Source: Candidatus Saccharimonadota bacterium
GTDB lineage: Bacteria > Patescibacteriota > Saccharimonadia > Saccharimonadales > UBA10212
Reading direction: 5' to 3'
Assembly: GCA_016187125.1 (NCBI GenBank)
Contig: JACPKF010000001.1
Span: 238,178 to 302,177, forward strand
Length of the DNA: 64,000 bases
Shown: one piece after another, positions 45,581 through 57,070 of the stretch
Layout: every line of letters begins with the position of its first letter
Numbering within the stretch: position 1 is the first letter of the stretch
Notes under the pieces: model-generated
Databases searched by the model: none
What the model saw: the letters and a program-made list of their open reading frames with translations, nothing else
Told to the model about the DNA's origin: nothing
Translations under genes and position numbers: made by a program

Positions 45581-46663
45581 CTACTGGATGCACTTTTTAA
45601 CGCAATATTTTTTAACTGCGTCGTCATGTTCGGCTTGAGTCCGCGAAAAATGGATCTTGTTGTCATCTCCGGCTACAAAGTATAGGTAGTCAGTGCTAGC
45701 CGGGTGCGCAGCTCCATCAAGCGCCGAGGCGTTAACATTGCTTATTGGGCCAGGCGGTAAATCGTTATGTAGATAGGTGTTATAGGGGGAATCAATGCCG
45801 ATATTCCGCGGCTGGCCGGCTACATCGGCAGCATAATTTGCTGTTACGTTTGATTGAAGAGCCATACCCTGTTTAAGCCGGCTTAAGAAAACCTGGGCCA
45901 CCATCGGCTGGAAGCTTGGGTCATCGGTTTCCTGAGCTATAATTGAAGCCAAGATCACGCCTCTATATGCAGTTAGACCCTGAGCTGCAAAACCATTTAA
46001 AATATCGGCTGTTAAATGCTTATTCATCTCATCCAATGACTCACGAATTATGGTCTGCGGGGGAGTGTCTGTCAGTTTCTCGTATGAATCGGGATATAAA
46101 TAACCCTCCAAAGTTGCGCCGGCCGGCCGGCCGGACAGAGCCGGATGTCCGGCATAAGTGTCGGGGTTAAAGGCGGTTTCGATTTGACGCTGGCTGTAGC
46201 CAGCCTTAACAAAAGACTGCTTAATCTCATCGAGCCGTTTTTGCGGCAATATAGTCAACAGATTTTTGGTTACTTCTCCGTTAACTATTTTGCCTACAAT
46301 CTGCTTAATGCCCATGGATGGGCTGAGCGTATAGGTGCCGGCTTGAAGTTTGTCGTGGAGTTCATGGCTTCTGACATAGGTTTCAAAAGCTCTGGCGTTT
46401 CTAATTAAATCGGCTCGCTTAAGTTTGTCAGCTATGGTATGAAGGCCTGATCCTGGAGCAACAGTAAAATAGACGCTGCCGGCAGAACTCGAAACCGGCT
46501 GCAGATTACGTTGGTACCAACTGCGTAGGCCAACAACACCGCCACCCAAGAGCAGGATTATAGCAGTGACAATAATTAACCACGTTTTTGAAACCGGCAG
46601 TTTCTTTGATTTAACTCCTATCATAGTAGAACTATAACAAAATCCGCTCAGACTCGGGAACAC
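45581..46663 (-). CDS. mltG: endolytic murein transglycosylase MltG (YceG-like)
   Basis: N-terminal TM helix, then the YNTYLHNDLPPGPISN signature. The start is uncertain: GTG at 46663 or ATG at 46624. Confidence 0.85.
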   Translation of the reverse strand: MFPSLSGFCYSSTMIGVKSKKLPVSKTWLIIVTAIILLLGGGVVGLRSWYQRNLQPVSSSAGSVYFTVAPGSGLHTIADKLKRADLIRNARAFETYVRSHELHDKLQAGTYTLSPSMGIKQIVGKIVNGEVTKNLLTILPQKRLDEIKQSFVKAGYSQRQIETAFNPDTYAGHPALSGRPAGATLEGYLYPDSYEKLTDTPPQTIIRESLDEMNKHLTADILNGFAAQGLTAYRGVILASIIAQETDDPSFQPMVAQVFLSRLKQGMALQSNVTANYAADVAGQPRNIGIDSPYNTYLHNDLPPGPISNVNASALDGAAHPASTDYLYFVAGDDNKIHFSRTQAEHDDAVKKYCVKKCIQ

Positions 46664-46690
46664 TCCTCCAGTATTAAGTCAAGAAATCTT

Positions 46691-47176
46691 TCACGCCAGC
46701 ACTCTTTCTTCGTTAGACCCGTCAAGAAAATCTTGAAGGATCGCCGCCGCCGCCAGACTATGCTCATCCGTGTTGCTTGTTGCTTTTTGCTTACCTGCCC
46801 TGAGCTTGCCTGCGGTGAGCTCGCTCGCAGTGAGCTTATCGAATCTGTCCAATCCGTCGGACGGCTTGCCCCTTGCCTGGACGGTCGTTAGAGCTTCATC
46901 CTGCCAGTAAAAAGGCAACCCTACCTTATTCTTGGCTGCAGCGACCCATTGGCGTACCCAAGCGGTTTGGGCGCTGTCTTCGCTCTGAAGATTTCTAGGT
47001 AATCCGACTACGATTGCCTGGGCTCCGTTTGCCTTGATGAGGCCTGACAAACTATCTAATAGTTTGTCAGTCGGAAGGCTCGGCAGCGGCTGGGCGATTT
47101 TGGCCAGGCTTGAGCCCCTGGCTATGCCGGTGCGCTTGACTCCCAGATCTACGCCTAAAAATTCCATTTTCTCCAT
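46691..47176 (-). CDS. ruvX: Holliday-junction resolvase-like RuvX/YqgF with an internal repeat-derived insertion
   Basis: The GVDLGVKRTGIA N-terminus and DEHSLAAAAILQDFL C-terminus are typical. The segment DRFDKLTASELTAGKLRAGKQ is encoded by GC-rich repeat DNA (about 46794-46858). Confidence 0.8.
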   Translation of the reverse strand: MEKMEFLGVDLGVKRTGIARGSSLAKIAQPLPSLPTDKLLDSLSGLIKANGAQAIVVGLPRNLQSEDSAQTAWVRQWVAAAKNKVGLPFYWQDEALTTVQARGKPSDGLDRFDKLTASELTAGKLRAGKQKATSNTDEHSLAAAAILQDFLDGSNEERVLA

Positions 47177-47179
47177 AGC

Positions 47180-48886
47180 TTAGAGTTTTTTATCGGGTGA
47201 TGAGTTATCGGTCTTAAGCTCTTGCAAGACGACATGGATTTTACCGGGTTTGTTGGGAGCTTTACTTACCCAGAAAGGACTCATTTTGACTTCCACATTT
47301 TTCACACCAGGCCAGACACTAATTAGACTTTTAATATCACCGCTTTTTTGGCCGCCTACCATCTTTTTGACTGCTTCAATATCAATTACTGGAATAGCAG
47401 TGGTCTCAGCGGTTACTGCTAGCGTTGTGTTCGTGGGCGAAGCTTGACTTTGAACATTCACCTGAATATTTTTAAGTACATCTTCGCCACTGAGTTTTTG
47501 TTTTTTAAGATCAATTTGTTTGTTGAGCTCGCCTGTAACGGCTTTTTTTAAATCATCTTTTTGAAGCGTCAAAACGCTGTGAGTAATTTTAATAGTCACG
47601 GTTGCCGTGGTTGCCGATCGCCCAACAGCCGGCGATGATGAAACTTGAGAATCGCCCAGTTTATAAGTGGACGCAACGACATAAAAGCCGGCGGCAATTT
47701 GATTTTGAAAGTCCTTAGCAAATTTATCGGTTTCGGCCGATGTCAGCTTTTGTTTAGCGTTATCAAGGTCTGTTTGGCCAAGGACTGTAACAATATTATC
47801 GGTGCCCCCGCTAGCCGAGCCAGTAACACTAACTCCTGGATAACCAGCCACGCTAAAACTAGCTGAACTAAGATTATATTTAGTCCCTCCGCTGCTAGCA
47901 CCAATCGCCGTTGAACTTGTACTCTGAAAAGTACACTTGCCAGCAGCTACAACTGGAGCAAAGGCTGTTTTTGCCTGAGTTATATAGGTTAAGCCATTAG
48001 ATGACAGTCCGGTGCCCGCGGGGATGTCTGGCGGCACAGTACCGCTACAAGCTCCGGCCGACATATTTACCGAGCCAGAGGCTTTATTGCCATTGTTTTG
48101 CTGGCCAGTAGCCTGAACTTGCTGGGTTGAAGTCTGGTCAGCGGTTTTTAGGACCGACGGTATAATATTTTTTGTTTCGTCAATTTTTTTGGCTTGGCCA
48201 TCGGTAGTCAGATTAAAACTAGCTGCAAGTTTTGTGCTTTCGGTGCTTATAGTGATAGTGGCTTTGGGCAGTACTTTGGCAGCTAAAATTATAAAGATAA
48301 TCAGCGCTATAGTGCCAGCTAGACTCAGCCCGAGTATTAAACGGAATTTATCAAAATTGGGAACTTTAAGTTTTTTATTATTAGGTAGGGCTGGTCTTTC
48401 AGTTGACGATTGGTCGGCGGCTGCTTTTTCACTATCCTCAAGAGTTATGGCCTCGGGTTCTTCTAGTTCGCCGGCGGCAGCTAGCTCGCCAATAGAACGA
48501 TGGTAATCGAGCGTAGCCTTATCTTCGTCCGGTTCATCATTAAGCTTATCGTCGGACATAGCTGCCGTCTCGTCCCGGACAACTGGAGAGGGTGGAATAT
48601 AGGCTTTAGTTTCTAAGCTTTTGGCCACTTGAAGGCCAGCGGCGCCAGCCAGCGGCAGCAGTGCCGGCTCACTAGTGACTAGAACCGGCTTTTTGCTGGC
48701 TGCTTTGGCACTACGCTTTAAAAGACGCATGTTAACTATACTTTGCAGAGCCGATGCGCGTTTTGGCAGAACCAGGGCCACGGTTTGGGCTTTGGCCGAT
48801 TCGATTTTACTAATAATTGCCGTTATGTCGTCTTCAACGTCAACGTAAATTACATCCTTACCCGGCTCGTTGGATTGGGCAGCCAT
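47180..48886 (-). CDS. single-pass membrane protein, unknown function
   Basis: 568 aa. Cytoplasmic N-domain (VIYVDVEDDITAIISKIE...), acidic linker, TM helix, and a large S/T/G/A-rich external domain. Confidence 0.55.
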   Translation of the reverse strand: MAAQSNEPGKDVIYVDVEDDITAIISKIESAKAQTVALVLPKRASALQSIVNMRLLKRSAKAASKKPVLVTSEPALLPLAGAAGLQVAKSLETKAYIPPSPVVRDETAAMSDDKLNDEPDEDKATLDYHRSIGELAAAGELEEPEAITLEDSEKAAADQSSTERPALPNNKKLKVPNFDKFRLILGLSLAGTIALIIFIILAAKVLPKATITISTESTKLAASFNLTTDGQAKKIDETKNIIPSVLKTADQTSTQQVQATGQQNNGNKASGSVNMSAGACSGTVPPDIPAGTGLSSNGLTYITQAKTAFAPVVAAGKCTFQSTSSTAIGASSGGTKYNLSSASFSVAGYPGVSVTGSASGGTDNIVTVLGQTDLDNAKQKLTSAETDKFAKDFQNQIAAGFYVVASTYKLGDSQVSSSPAVGRSATTATVTIKITHSVLTLQKDDLKKAVTGELNKQIDLKKQKLSGEDVLKNIQVNVQSQASPTNTTLAVTAETTAIPVIDIEAVKKMVGGQKSGDIKSLISVWPGVKNVEVKMSPFWVSKAPNKPGKIHVVLQELKTDNSSPDKKL

Positions 48887-49001
48887 CAGGATTTTCCTCC
48901 CACAAGCCGCGGCTGGGGGTTATAGGCTCTAGGTTCTAGAAATATCGCAGCCACTAAAACCTGTAATCTAAGCCCTGTAACCTGCTGATGAGCGTCGCGA
49001 A

Positions 49002-50303
49002 TCATGTTCTTAACACCTTATTAACCCTGTCTTTTACCGAGGTTTCGCTGGGCACGGCGCCGGAATTTATAGTGTCCATGCCGACGCGCAGCAACCCCAT
49101 AGCCGTTATATAAGTATAATCGCTGGCATCGCCGGTAGTATCAGTAATGCCGACTACTTCGTCTGGCCTTATGTGTTGAACTAGTGGCTTCTTGGTAAAT
49201 GGCAAAGCTTTATACCACTCAGGCCCTTCTAATCGCTCAACCAACATCTGAAGCGACGAACCGCCGCCACATAGTAGCAAACGGTGCGGCAAGTGATCTA
49301 GTTTATCAAATTCGGCCAAGGCCAATTCCACGCCATTTATCCAGACATTAAGTGTCTTATCCAGGGCTTTTTCAACCGCTTCTTGTTTAGCTGAAGCCCC
49401 GGAGCTTAGGCCGACTTTAAGCGCCTCAGCGTCGGCAAAGTCGATATCCAGTTGGCGTTCAATAGCATGGGTGAAGGCCCGGCCGCCTATGCCGAACATT
49501 TTTGTGCCTTCAACGCCGCCTTCATTAACTACTGCAATATCGGTTGTACCACCTCCTACATCCATCAGTACAGCGCTAACGCTGGTATTAGGATCATCGC
49601 CGACTACCGAGCGAGAGACAGCAAATGGTTCGGCGGCAACCGCCAGTAGTTCCAAATCGAGCTCTGTCGCCGTGCGCTCTAGTGCTCCAATATGAATCAT
49701 TGGCGCAAAGGCTGTATACATCTCCACGACTATGTCGCGACCCTGAAAACCCACCGGATTGGTTACTTTATAGCCATCTATATCTATCCGAACCAGCGCA
49801 CTGTTAACCAGTCTAACTTCTACGTCTTTGCCGCCTAATTCCCAGGCTAGCTGCTGTCTAGCCTTAGTTTCAGCTCTTTCTTGCACCAACTCGATAATCC
49901 GGCCCATTTCGTCAATGCTCAGTTCAGAAGATGGGTTTTTGCGAGTAAATCGCACAACTGAGGTTGTGCCCTTAACCAGCTCTCCAGCAATACCGAGCAC
50001 CGCCGTCCGGGCGCTAACACCAGCTTGAGCTTCAGCAGCAGCTAGGGCCTGATCACAATTGGCCACCACAGCTGCAATATCAGCAATGGCTCCCGCCTGC
50101 ATGTCGGCCAGCGACTGGTGCGCCCGTCCAACGCCTATAATTTCAACTTCATTGCCTATTACTCGCCCAATGAGAGCTTTTACAAACTCCGTACCAACGT
50201 CTAAAGCCACTAGGTAATCCTGGGGGGCGCGGCCTTTTTTACCTGCCCGAGAAATTTTCGGTAATTTAGCCTTTATATTTCTGACCCTATCAAGCATAGG
50301 CAT
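49002..50303 (-). CDS. actin-like ATPase, FtsA/PilM family (FtsA-like)
   Basis: ALDVGTEFVKALIG phosphate-1 motif, DVGGGTTDIAV phosphate-2 motif and LCGGGS adenosine motif. 433 aa. Confidence 0.65.
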   Translation of the reverse strand: MPMLDRVRNIKAKLPKISRAGKKGRAPQDYLVALDVGTEFVKALIGRVIGNEVEIIGVGRAHQSLADMQAGAIADIAAVVANCDQALAAAEAQAGVSARTAVLGIAGELVKGTTSVVRFTRKNPSSELSIDEMGRIIELVQERAETKARQQLAWELGGKDVEVRLVNSALVRIDIDGYKVTNPVGFQGRDIVVEMYTAFAPMIHIGALERTATELDLELLAVAAEPFAVSRSVVGDDPNTSVSAVLMDVGGGTTDIAVVNEGGVEGTKMFGIGGRAFTHAIERQLDIDFADAEALKVGLSSGASAKQEAVEKALDKTLNVWINGVELALAEFDKLDHLPHRLLLCGGGSSLQMLVERLEGPEWYKALPFTKKPLVQHIRPDEVVGITDTTGDASDYTYITAMGLLRVGMDTINSGAVPSETSVKDRVNKVLRT

Positions 50304-50357
50304 AATCAGATTGATTATAGCACACCAACACCTCTATCTTCCTTACCCCCTCTCACT

Positions 50358-50389
50358 CACTTCTATGTTTCTTAAGAAACATAGAAGTG
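50358..50389. promoter_or_regulatory. 32-nt perfect palindrome, probable operator of the adjacent wHTH regulator
   Basis: CACTTCTATGTTTCTTAAGAAACATAGAAGTG, 30 nt upstream of the regulator ATG in the divergent region with the ftsA-like gene. A related core GTTCTTAAGAAC lies at 50667-50678. Confidence 0.6.
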
Positions 50390-50418
50390 TGATAAGATAA
50401 AAATGGCATGATGAGAAT

Positions 50419-50688
50419 ATGTTAAGTCCCAAAAGGCTGCAAAGGCACATGAAAGGCGCAGCTAACTACCGTCGGATTAGTATCCTTATATTGTTAGAGC
50501 AAAACCCCGACCTCTCTTTGGTCGAGATTGCCGAACGTTTAAAATGGAATTTAAAAACAACCGCTGATCACATCCGGCGTCTTAGCATGGCTGGACTAGT
50601 GAGTAGGGGGCGACACACGGGTAGTGTGCCGCACAAATTAACAAAACGTGGACAAACTGTTCTCAAGTTCTTAAGAACATTAGAATAA
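50419..50688 (+). CDS. small ArsR-type winged-helix transcriptional regulator
   Basis: 89 aa. ANYRRISILILLEQNPDLSLVEIAERL...HIRRLSMAGLV is an HTH pattern. Confidence 0.65.
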   Translation: MLSPKRLQRHMKGAANYRRISILILLEQNPDLSLVEIAERLKWNLKTTADHIRRLSMAGLVSRGRHTGSVPHKLTKRGQTVLKFLRTLE

Positions 50689-50697
50689 GAAAAGGGG

Positions 50698-52623
50698 TTA
50701 TTCAAGAACGGCTTTAATTCTGCGTACTCCTGCACTGGATGCTTCCTCTTTGGTGATTTTGAACTTTCTTTGTGGTGAGCCTGCCTGCGGTGAGCCAGTC
50801 GAATCCGTCGAACCATTGCCGCCCTGACCGATTTGGCCAGTATGCTGCACATGCGGGCCGCCGCAGATTTCGCGGCTGAAGGGCTTTTTGGGATCGCCAA
50901 TGGTGTAAACCTTGACTTTGTTGCCATATTTATCGCCAAAAGCGCCAGAAGCGGTCTTTAAAGCTTCCGGCGTTTTTTCTTCTTTCCAAGTCACCGGCAA
51001 GTCTTCGGCGATTTTTTGATTGACGATATCTTCTACTTGCTTAATTTGCTCGGCCGTCACCTTTTGGGAATGGCTAAAGTCAAAGCGCGTACGCTCGGCA
51101 GTTATATTGCTACCCCGCTGCACAACATGGTCGCCCAATACTTGCTTCAGAGCCCGGTACATCAGATGAGTCGCTGTATGGTATTTAACTACCTGCTGCG
51201 AATGATCGGCCAAGCCGCCCTTGAACATGCCAACACTAGCCGTTTGGCTGCGATGGCGCTGCTTAGCCATTAGATCTTTAAACTGCCCTTGCCACTCCTT
51301 ACTAACGGTAACTTTTTGCAGATAGGCTTCTTCTAAACTTAGCTCCACCGGAAAGCCATAAGTGTCGTAAAGTTTGAAGACATCAGCTCCGGTGAGTTGC
51401 TTTTTCTGTTCGGCCAGCTTGAAAAATTGGCGAACGCCAGCCCGGAGGGTTTGGCGAAAGATTTTTTCTTCTCGCATAAACAGTTCGACTACTTCATTTT
51501 TTTGTTGATTAACTTCTGGAAAATTCGGAGCGTAAAGGCTGGTGATTGTTGGCACTACCTGCTGGCATAAATCTTGTTCTATCCCGAGTTCAAAAGCATA
51601 ACGAATGGCTCGGCGCAGTAGCCGGCGCAAGACATAACCCTGGGCTTTATTACTTGGCGCAACCCCGTCAACCGCCAAAAAAGTGGCAGCTCGCAGATGG
51701 TCAGCGATTACCCGCATGCTGGTTTGGTGTTGCTGATAATCCTTACCGCTTAAGCCCTCCAGGCCGCTGATTATTGGTTTTATAAGGCTGATTTTGAACA
51801 TATCGGGATCATCATTGACAGCTGCAGCTATGCGTTCCAGCCCGCCGCCAAAATCAACGTTGGGCGCAGGCAATGGTTCGAAGCCTTTGGATGTTTTCTT
51901 GTAAGCCATAAACACGCTGTTACCTATTTCACCAAAACGGCCGCAATCACAGTTTGGGTGACAATGCTTGCCAAATTTTTGGTCATGTGGGGTCTCAAAA
52001 TCGTAAAAAACCTCGCTGTCCGGACCGCCCGGTTCGCCCTCACGCATATTGACTGGCGGGCCTTCGCGGCTCCACCAGTTTTTAGAAGCATCGTAATAAA
52101 AGATGCGGCCGCTTCGCATACCTTTGGCATAGCCATTAGCGTTGGAGCCGATTTCTACTTCTTTAGCTTCTAGGCCGCTAGCAGCGAATAATTTCTTCCA
52201 GATTTCAGCCGACTCGGTATCTTTGGGCACGCCAGTTTCTTTATCACCAATAAAACAAGTCACATAAAGTTTTTTCGGATTAAGGCTTACAGCGTCCGTT
52301 AAAAATTCCCAGAACCACGGCAGTTGCTCGGATTTGTAATAATCGCCTAGGCTCCAGTTGCCCAGCATTTCAAAAAAGGTGGTGTGACGATTATCGCCGA
52401 CTTCGTCCATGTCTTCGGCGCGGAAGCAGGTTTGACTATCCACCAGCCGCTTGCCGTCAGGGTGTTTTTCGCCCAGCAAATATGGCACCAGCGGCTGCAT
52501 ACCGCTACCGGTAAATAAAGTTGTCGGGTCGTCCTGTGGCACCAAACTAGCCCGCGGCAATATTTTATGGCCCTTCGCCTCAAAAAACTCCAGATATTTT
52601 TTACGTATTTCCTGCGCTGTCAT
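50698..52623 (-). CDS. alaS: alanine--tRNA ligase (short form) with a repeat-derived insertion near the C-terminus
   Basis: Class II core (FFEMLGNWS, GGGLERI), editing domain HTATHLM...CGGPHV. The segment QGGNGSTDSTGSPQAGSPQR lies between TGQIG and KFKI and is encoded by GC-rich repeat DNA (about 50768-50830). Confidence 0.9.
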   Translation of the reverse strand: MTAQEIRKKYLEFFEAKGHKILPRASLVPQDDPTTLFTGSGMQPLVPYLLGEKHPDGKRLVDSQTCFRAEDMDEVGDNRHTTFFEMLGNWSLGDYYKSEQLPWFWEFLTDAVSLNPKKLYVTCFIGDKETGVPKDTESAEIWKKLFAASGLEAKEVEIGSNANGYAKGMRSGRIFYYDASKNWWSREGPPVNMREGEPGGPDSEVFYDFETPHDQKFGKHCHPNCDCGRFGEIGNSVFMAYKKTSKGFEPLPAPNVDFGGGLERIAAAVNDDPDMFKISLIKPIISGLEGLSGKDYQQHQTSMRVIADHLRAATFLAVDGVAPSNKAQGYVLRRLLRRAIRYAFELGIEQDLCQQVVPTITSLYAPNFPEVNQQKNEVVELFMREEKIFRQTLRAGVRQFFKLAEQKKQLTGADVFKLYDTYGFPVELSLEEAYLQKVTVSKEWQGQFKDLMAKQRHRSQTASVGMFKGGLADHSQQVVKYHTATHLMYRALKQVLGDHVVQRGSNITAERTRFDFSHSQKVTAEQIKQVEDIVNQKIAEDLPVTWKEEKTPEALKTASGAFGDKYGNKVKVYTIGDPKKPFSREICGGPHVQHTGQIGQGGNGSTDSTGSPQAGSPQRKFKITKEEASSAGVRRIKAVLE

Positions 52624-52741
52624 AAAGAGTATTGTAACCCACGCACCAAAAACTTGACATTCTGATCCGCCATAGGCGGACTCCCTCTTCTTTATTCAGG
52701 TTTTGGTACGGGGCAAGCAGACAGGGATATAATGGAGTGAA

Positions 52742-53590
52742 GTGGCTATTTTACTGGCTTATATTTTTTACTTCGTAGCTTCTACTTCCTCGAAGTTGCA
52801 ACGACGACAACTGGCGACGACCCGCGAAACCGATGTTGGACAGATTGACTTTGCCTTCCGCGTAACATTGATAATTTTTGTTTTAACTCCCCTGCTAATA
52901 CTGTTCAATCGGCCGGTGTTCAACCAGCCAATCGGCACTTTAATTATGCTATCGACGGTCTGTGGAGCATTCGGTGCAATCGCATTAAGTACCCAGTATG
53001 TAGCACAACGCCACGTCGAGGCTGGCTTAACCTCTCTAATAGGCAACATTTACGCACCGACGACGATTGTACTTGCGACCATACTGTTGAACGAGGGGCT
53101 CAAAGCCCGTCAGGTCATCGGCGCAATTCTATTAATAAGTTCAGTGGTTTTGGTTAGTCGAAAGCATCGGTTAAGCCGGTGGCGTTTTGACCGTTACTTC
53201 TGGCTGAACGTTATAGCCGGCGTTGCATTGTCTTTTGGCTTAACCGCCGAGCGAGCTTTAATCAAATACAACAGCTTAACGACCGGCGCTTTGCTGAGTT
53301 GGGGTTCTGGAGCTCTTTTTCTAGGACTGGCGGCTTTAGCCAGTGGCACTAAAAGCCAGCATAACCTCAAAGAGGCATCTCTGACGGGGAGTCTGCGCTT
53401 TTTACACCAGGTGTCATGGATTGTTTTGGTGACAGTTGTAGCAAACTTAAGCGTGGTTTCTGCTGTAGCGACATTTTCAACAGCTGTGACTTTTTTCGCG
53501 GCGGCCATCTTCCTACATGAACGCGAAGACTTAAAACGCAAGATTATCGGCAGTTTTATTGCTGCAGCTGGTTTGCTTCTGATGGTTTAG
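52742..53590 (+). CDS. EamA/DMT-family transporter
   Basis: 282 aa, about 10 TM helices in two similar halves. Confidence 0.65.
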   Translation: MAILLAYIFYFVASTSSKLQRRQLATTRETDVGQIDFAFRVTLIIFVLTPLLILFNRPVFNQPIGTLIMLSTVCGAFGAIALSTQYVAQRHVEAGLTSLIGNIYAPTTIVLATILLNEGLKARQVIGAILLISSVVLVSRKHRLSRWRFDRYFWLNVIAGVALSFGLTAERALIKYNSLTTGALLSWGSGALFLGLAALASGTKSQHNLKEASLTGSLRFLHQVSWIVLVTVVANLSVVSAVATFSTAVTFFAAAIFLHEREDLKRKIIGSFIAAAGLLLMV

Positions 53591-54705
53591 ATGACTATTC
53601 CCCCACCCAAACATTCTGCACCGCAGTAGAAAACAGCTGATTGACCAGGAGTTAGCGCCCGCACTTCTTCTTCAAGTTCCGCCATCACACCTTCCATAGG
53701 GTACGACCCTATAAGGGTGAGTGATTTGACTGGAATTAGTTTTGCCCGATGCCTTGTCCGCACTTGCAAGGCTTGGCCTTGCAAAGGGGCTTCATTGATC
53801 CAATGCATATCAGTAAGCCGGATTTCCTTGCTCCAGAGTTTTGCGTCTTGCAGGTCGGTTGTGACATAGACTTCGTTTTTTTTCATGTTTTTGCCAGTGA
53901 CGTAATATGGCAAGCCGCCCTGCCTGCCGGCAGGCAGGCGCCAACCTATATCTAAGCCGTGGCGCTGACCGATAGTATAAAAGATAGCCCCGTCATGCTC
54001 ACCGATTTCTTTTTGGTTTTGGTCAATAATTTTGCCAGGTTTTTGCTTGACGAACTGCTCCAGGAAATCTTTGATCGGAACTTTGCCGACAAAACAAATA
54101 CCCATGCTTTCTTTCTTTTTGGCAGTCACTAGATTATTTTTCTCAGCTAGCTTTCTGACTTGCGGCTTGGTTAGGTCGCCCAGTGGAAAAATAGTTTTTG
54201 CCAATGCTTTTTTTGATACGCGGTACAAAAAATAAGTCTGATCTTTAATTTGGTCTTTGGCCATTAGTAACTGCGAACTTGTCTTGTGATAGGTTAAACC
54301 TATCACAGAGCGCGCGTAGTGACCGGTGGCGATCAAATCTGCTCCATCTTCCAAAGCTGTTTCCAAAAAGAGTTTAAATTTAATTTCCTGATTGCACATA
54401 ATGTCCGGGTTTGGCGTGTGACCAGCTTTGAATTCATCAAGCATATAATCCACAACTTTTTGCTTATACTGCTTTTGGAAGTCATACATTCTAAAATCTA
54501 TACCAAGCTGGATGGCCACCCGCTTGGCGTCTTGATAATCTTCTTGCCAGGGGCATTTCATACCGGGCAAATCCTGGCTCCAGTTTTTCATATAAACACC
54601 AGCAACGTTGTAGCCCTGCTGTTTTAGCAGCAGAGCCGAAACGGAAGAATCCACGCCACCGGATAAACCAACATACACCTTTTTCATCGGATTACAGTTT
54701 AGCAT
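53587..54705 (-). CDS. mnmA: tRNA 2-thiouridine(34) synthase MnmA
   Basis: PP-loop GLSGGVDSSV, catalytic Cys context (NPDIMCN, GICF), DQTYFLY motif. Alternative start at 54687. Confidence 0.9.
   Translation of the reverse strand: MLNCNPMKKVYVGLSGGVDSSVSALLLKQQGYNVAGVYMKNWSQDLPGMKCPWQEDYQDAKRVAIQLGIDFRMYDFQKQYKQKVVDYMLDEFKAGHTPNPDIMCNQEIKFKLFLETALEDGADLIATGHYARSVIGLTYHKTSSQLLMAKDQIKDQTYFLYRVSKKALAKTIFPLGDLTKPQVRKLAEKNNLVTAKKKESMGICFVGKVPIKDFLEQFVKQKPGKIIDQNQKEIGEHDGAIFYTIGQRHGLDIGWRLPAGRQGGLPYYVTGKNMKKNEVYVTTDLQDAKLWSKEIRLTDMHWINEAPLQGQALQVRTRHRAKLIPVKSLTLIGSYPMEGVMAELEEEVRALTPGQSAVFYCGAECLGGGIVI
53919..53938. repeat. 20-nt perfect GC palindrome CCTGCCTGCCGGCAGGCAGG in-frame in mnmA
   Basis: Read directly from the sequence. 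Encodes LPAGRQG within DIGWRLPAGRQGGLPYY. Confidence 0.85.
54285..54307. repeat. 23-nt perfect palindrome TGTGATAGGTTAAACCTATCACA, in-frame in mnmA
   Basis: Identical to the ligA copy. Encodes VIGLTYH. Confidence 0.9.
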
Positions 54706-54777
54706 TTATTTTAAGACGGACATCAGTAAAAACAGATGGGTTCGGTATGATGAGCTTATATAAAAGGAGAGAAGTCT

Positions 54778-55065
54778 ATGCCCTACATTAAAAAAGAGTA
54801 TCGACCAAGGCTTGACCCACACATTGAGGCTTTAGCTAAAGAAATTAATAAGATCAACGAAGAAACGAGTGAGGGCCACGCATTTGCTGGGCTCTTAGAT
54901 TATTCTTGTACTCGCTTAGCGTTTAAAACTTTGCCTGAACAACGTTACTGGGCCTATACACTTGTCGAAGGTGTTTTTAACGGGCTCGCCAAGGAATTTT
55001 ATCGTCGTGTAGTCGCCCCTTACGAAGACAAACAAATGAAGAAACGTGGCGACATTTATAAATAA
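54778..55065 (+). CDS. hypothetical protein (95 aa)
   Basis: Clean ORF with an AGGAGAG RBS. No motif that I recognise with confidence. Confidence 0.5.
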   Translation: MPYIKKEYRPRLDPHIEALAKEINKINEETSEGHAFAGLLDYSCTRLAFKTLPEQRYWAYTLVEGVFNGLAKEFYRRVVAPYEDKQMKKRGDIYK

Positions 55066-55384
55066 TTGCTCTTAGCTGTGACTAAATTGACCAAAAGAAT
55101 CAGGCATCTGCCGAGCCCTGATTAGATGTTATCAATAAATAAGTGCCCTTGGGTGGCTTTGGGTGTCCGTGCGAGTAATTTATCCGGTGGATCAATTGCG
55201 AGGAGTTCCAAAGCCAAACTTATTTTTGACAATCAGCTACTCAAGGTGAGGCAGGGCCCGAGAGCTTTTGCATACTTTTGACGGCACAAAAGTATGAATA
55301 GTTTGCTACTTTACAAAGTAGATCTGCTACAAGGATTATCCTTGTAGCAGACAGGTTTGGAAAAGAACCATTTATAAAGTGTTT

Positions 55385-57070
<1,686 letters not shown>

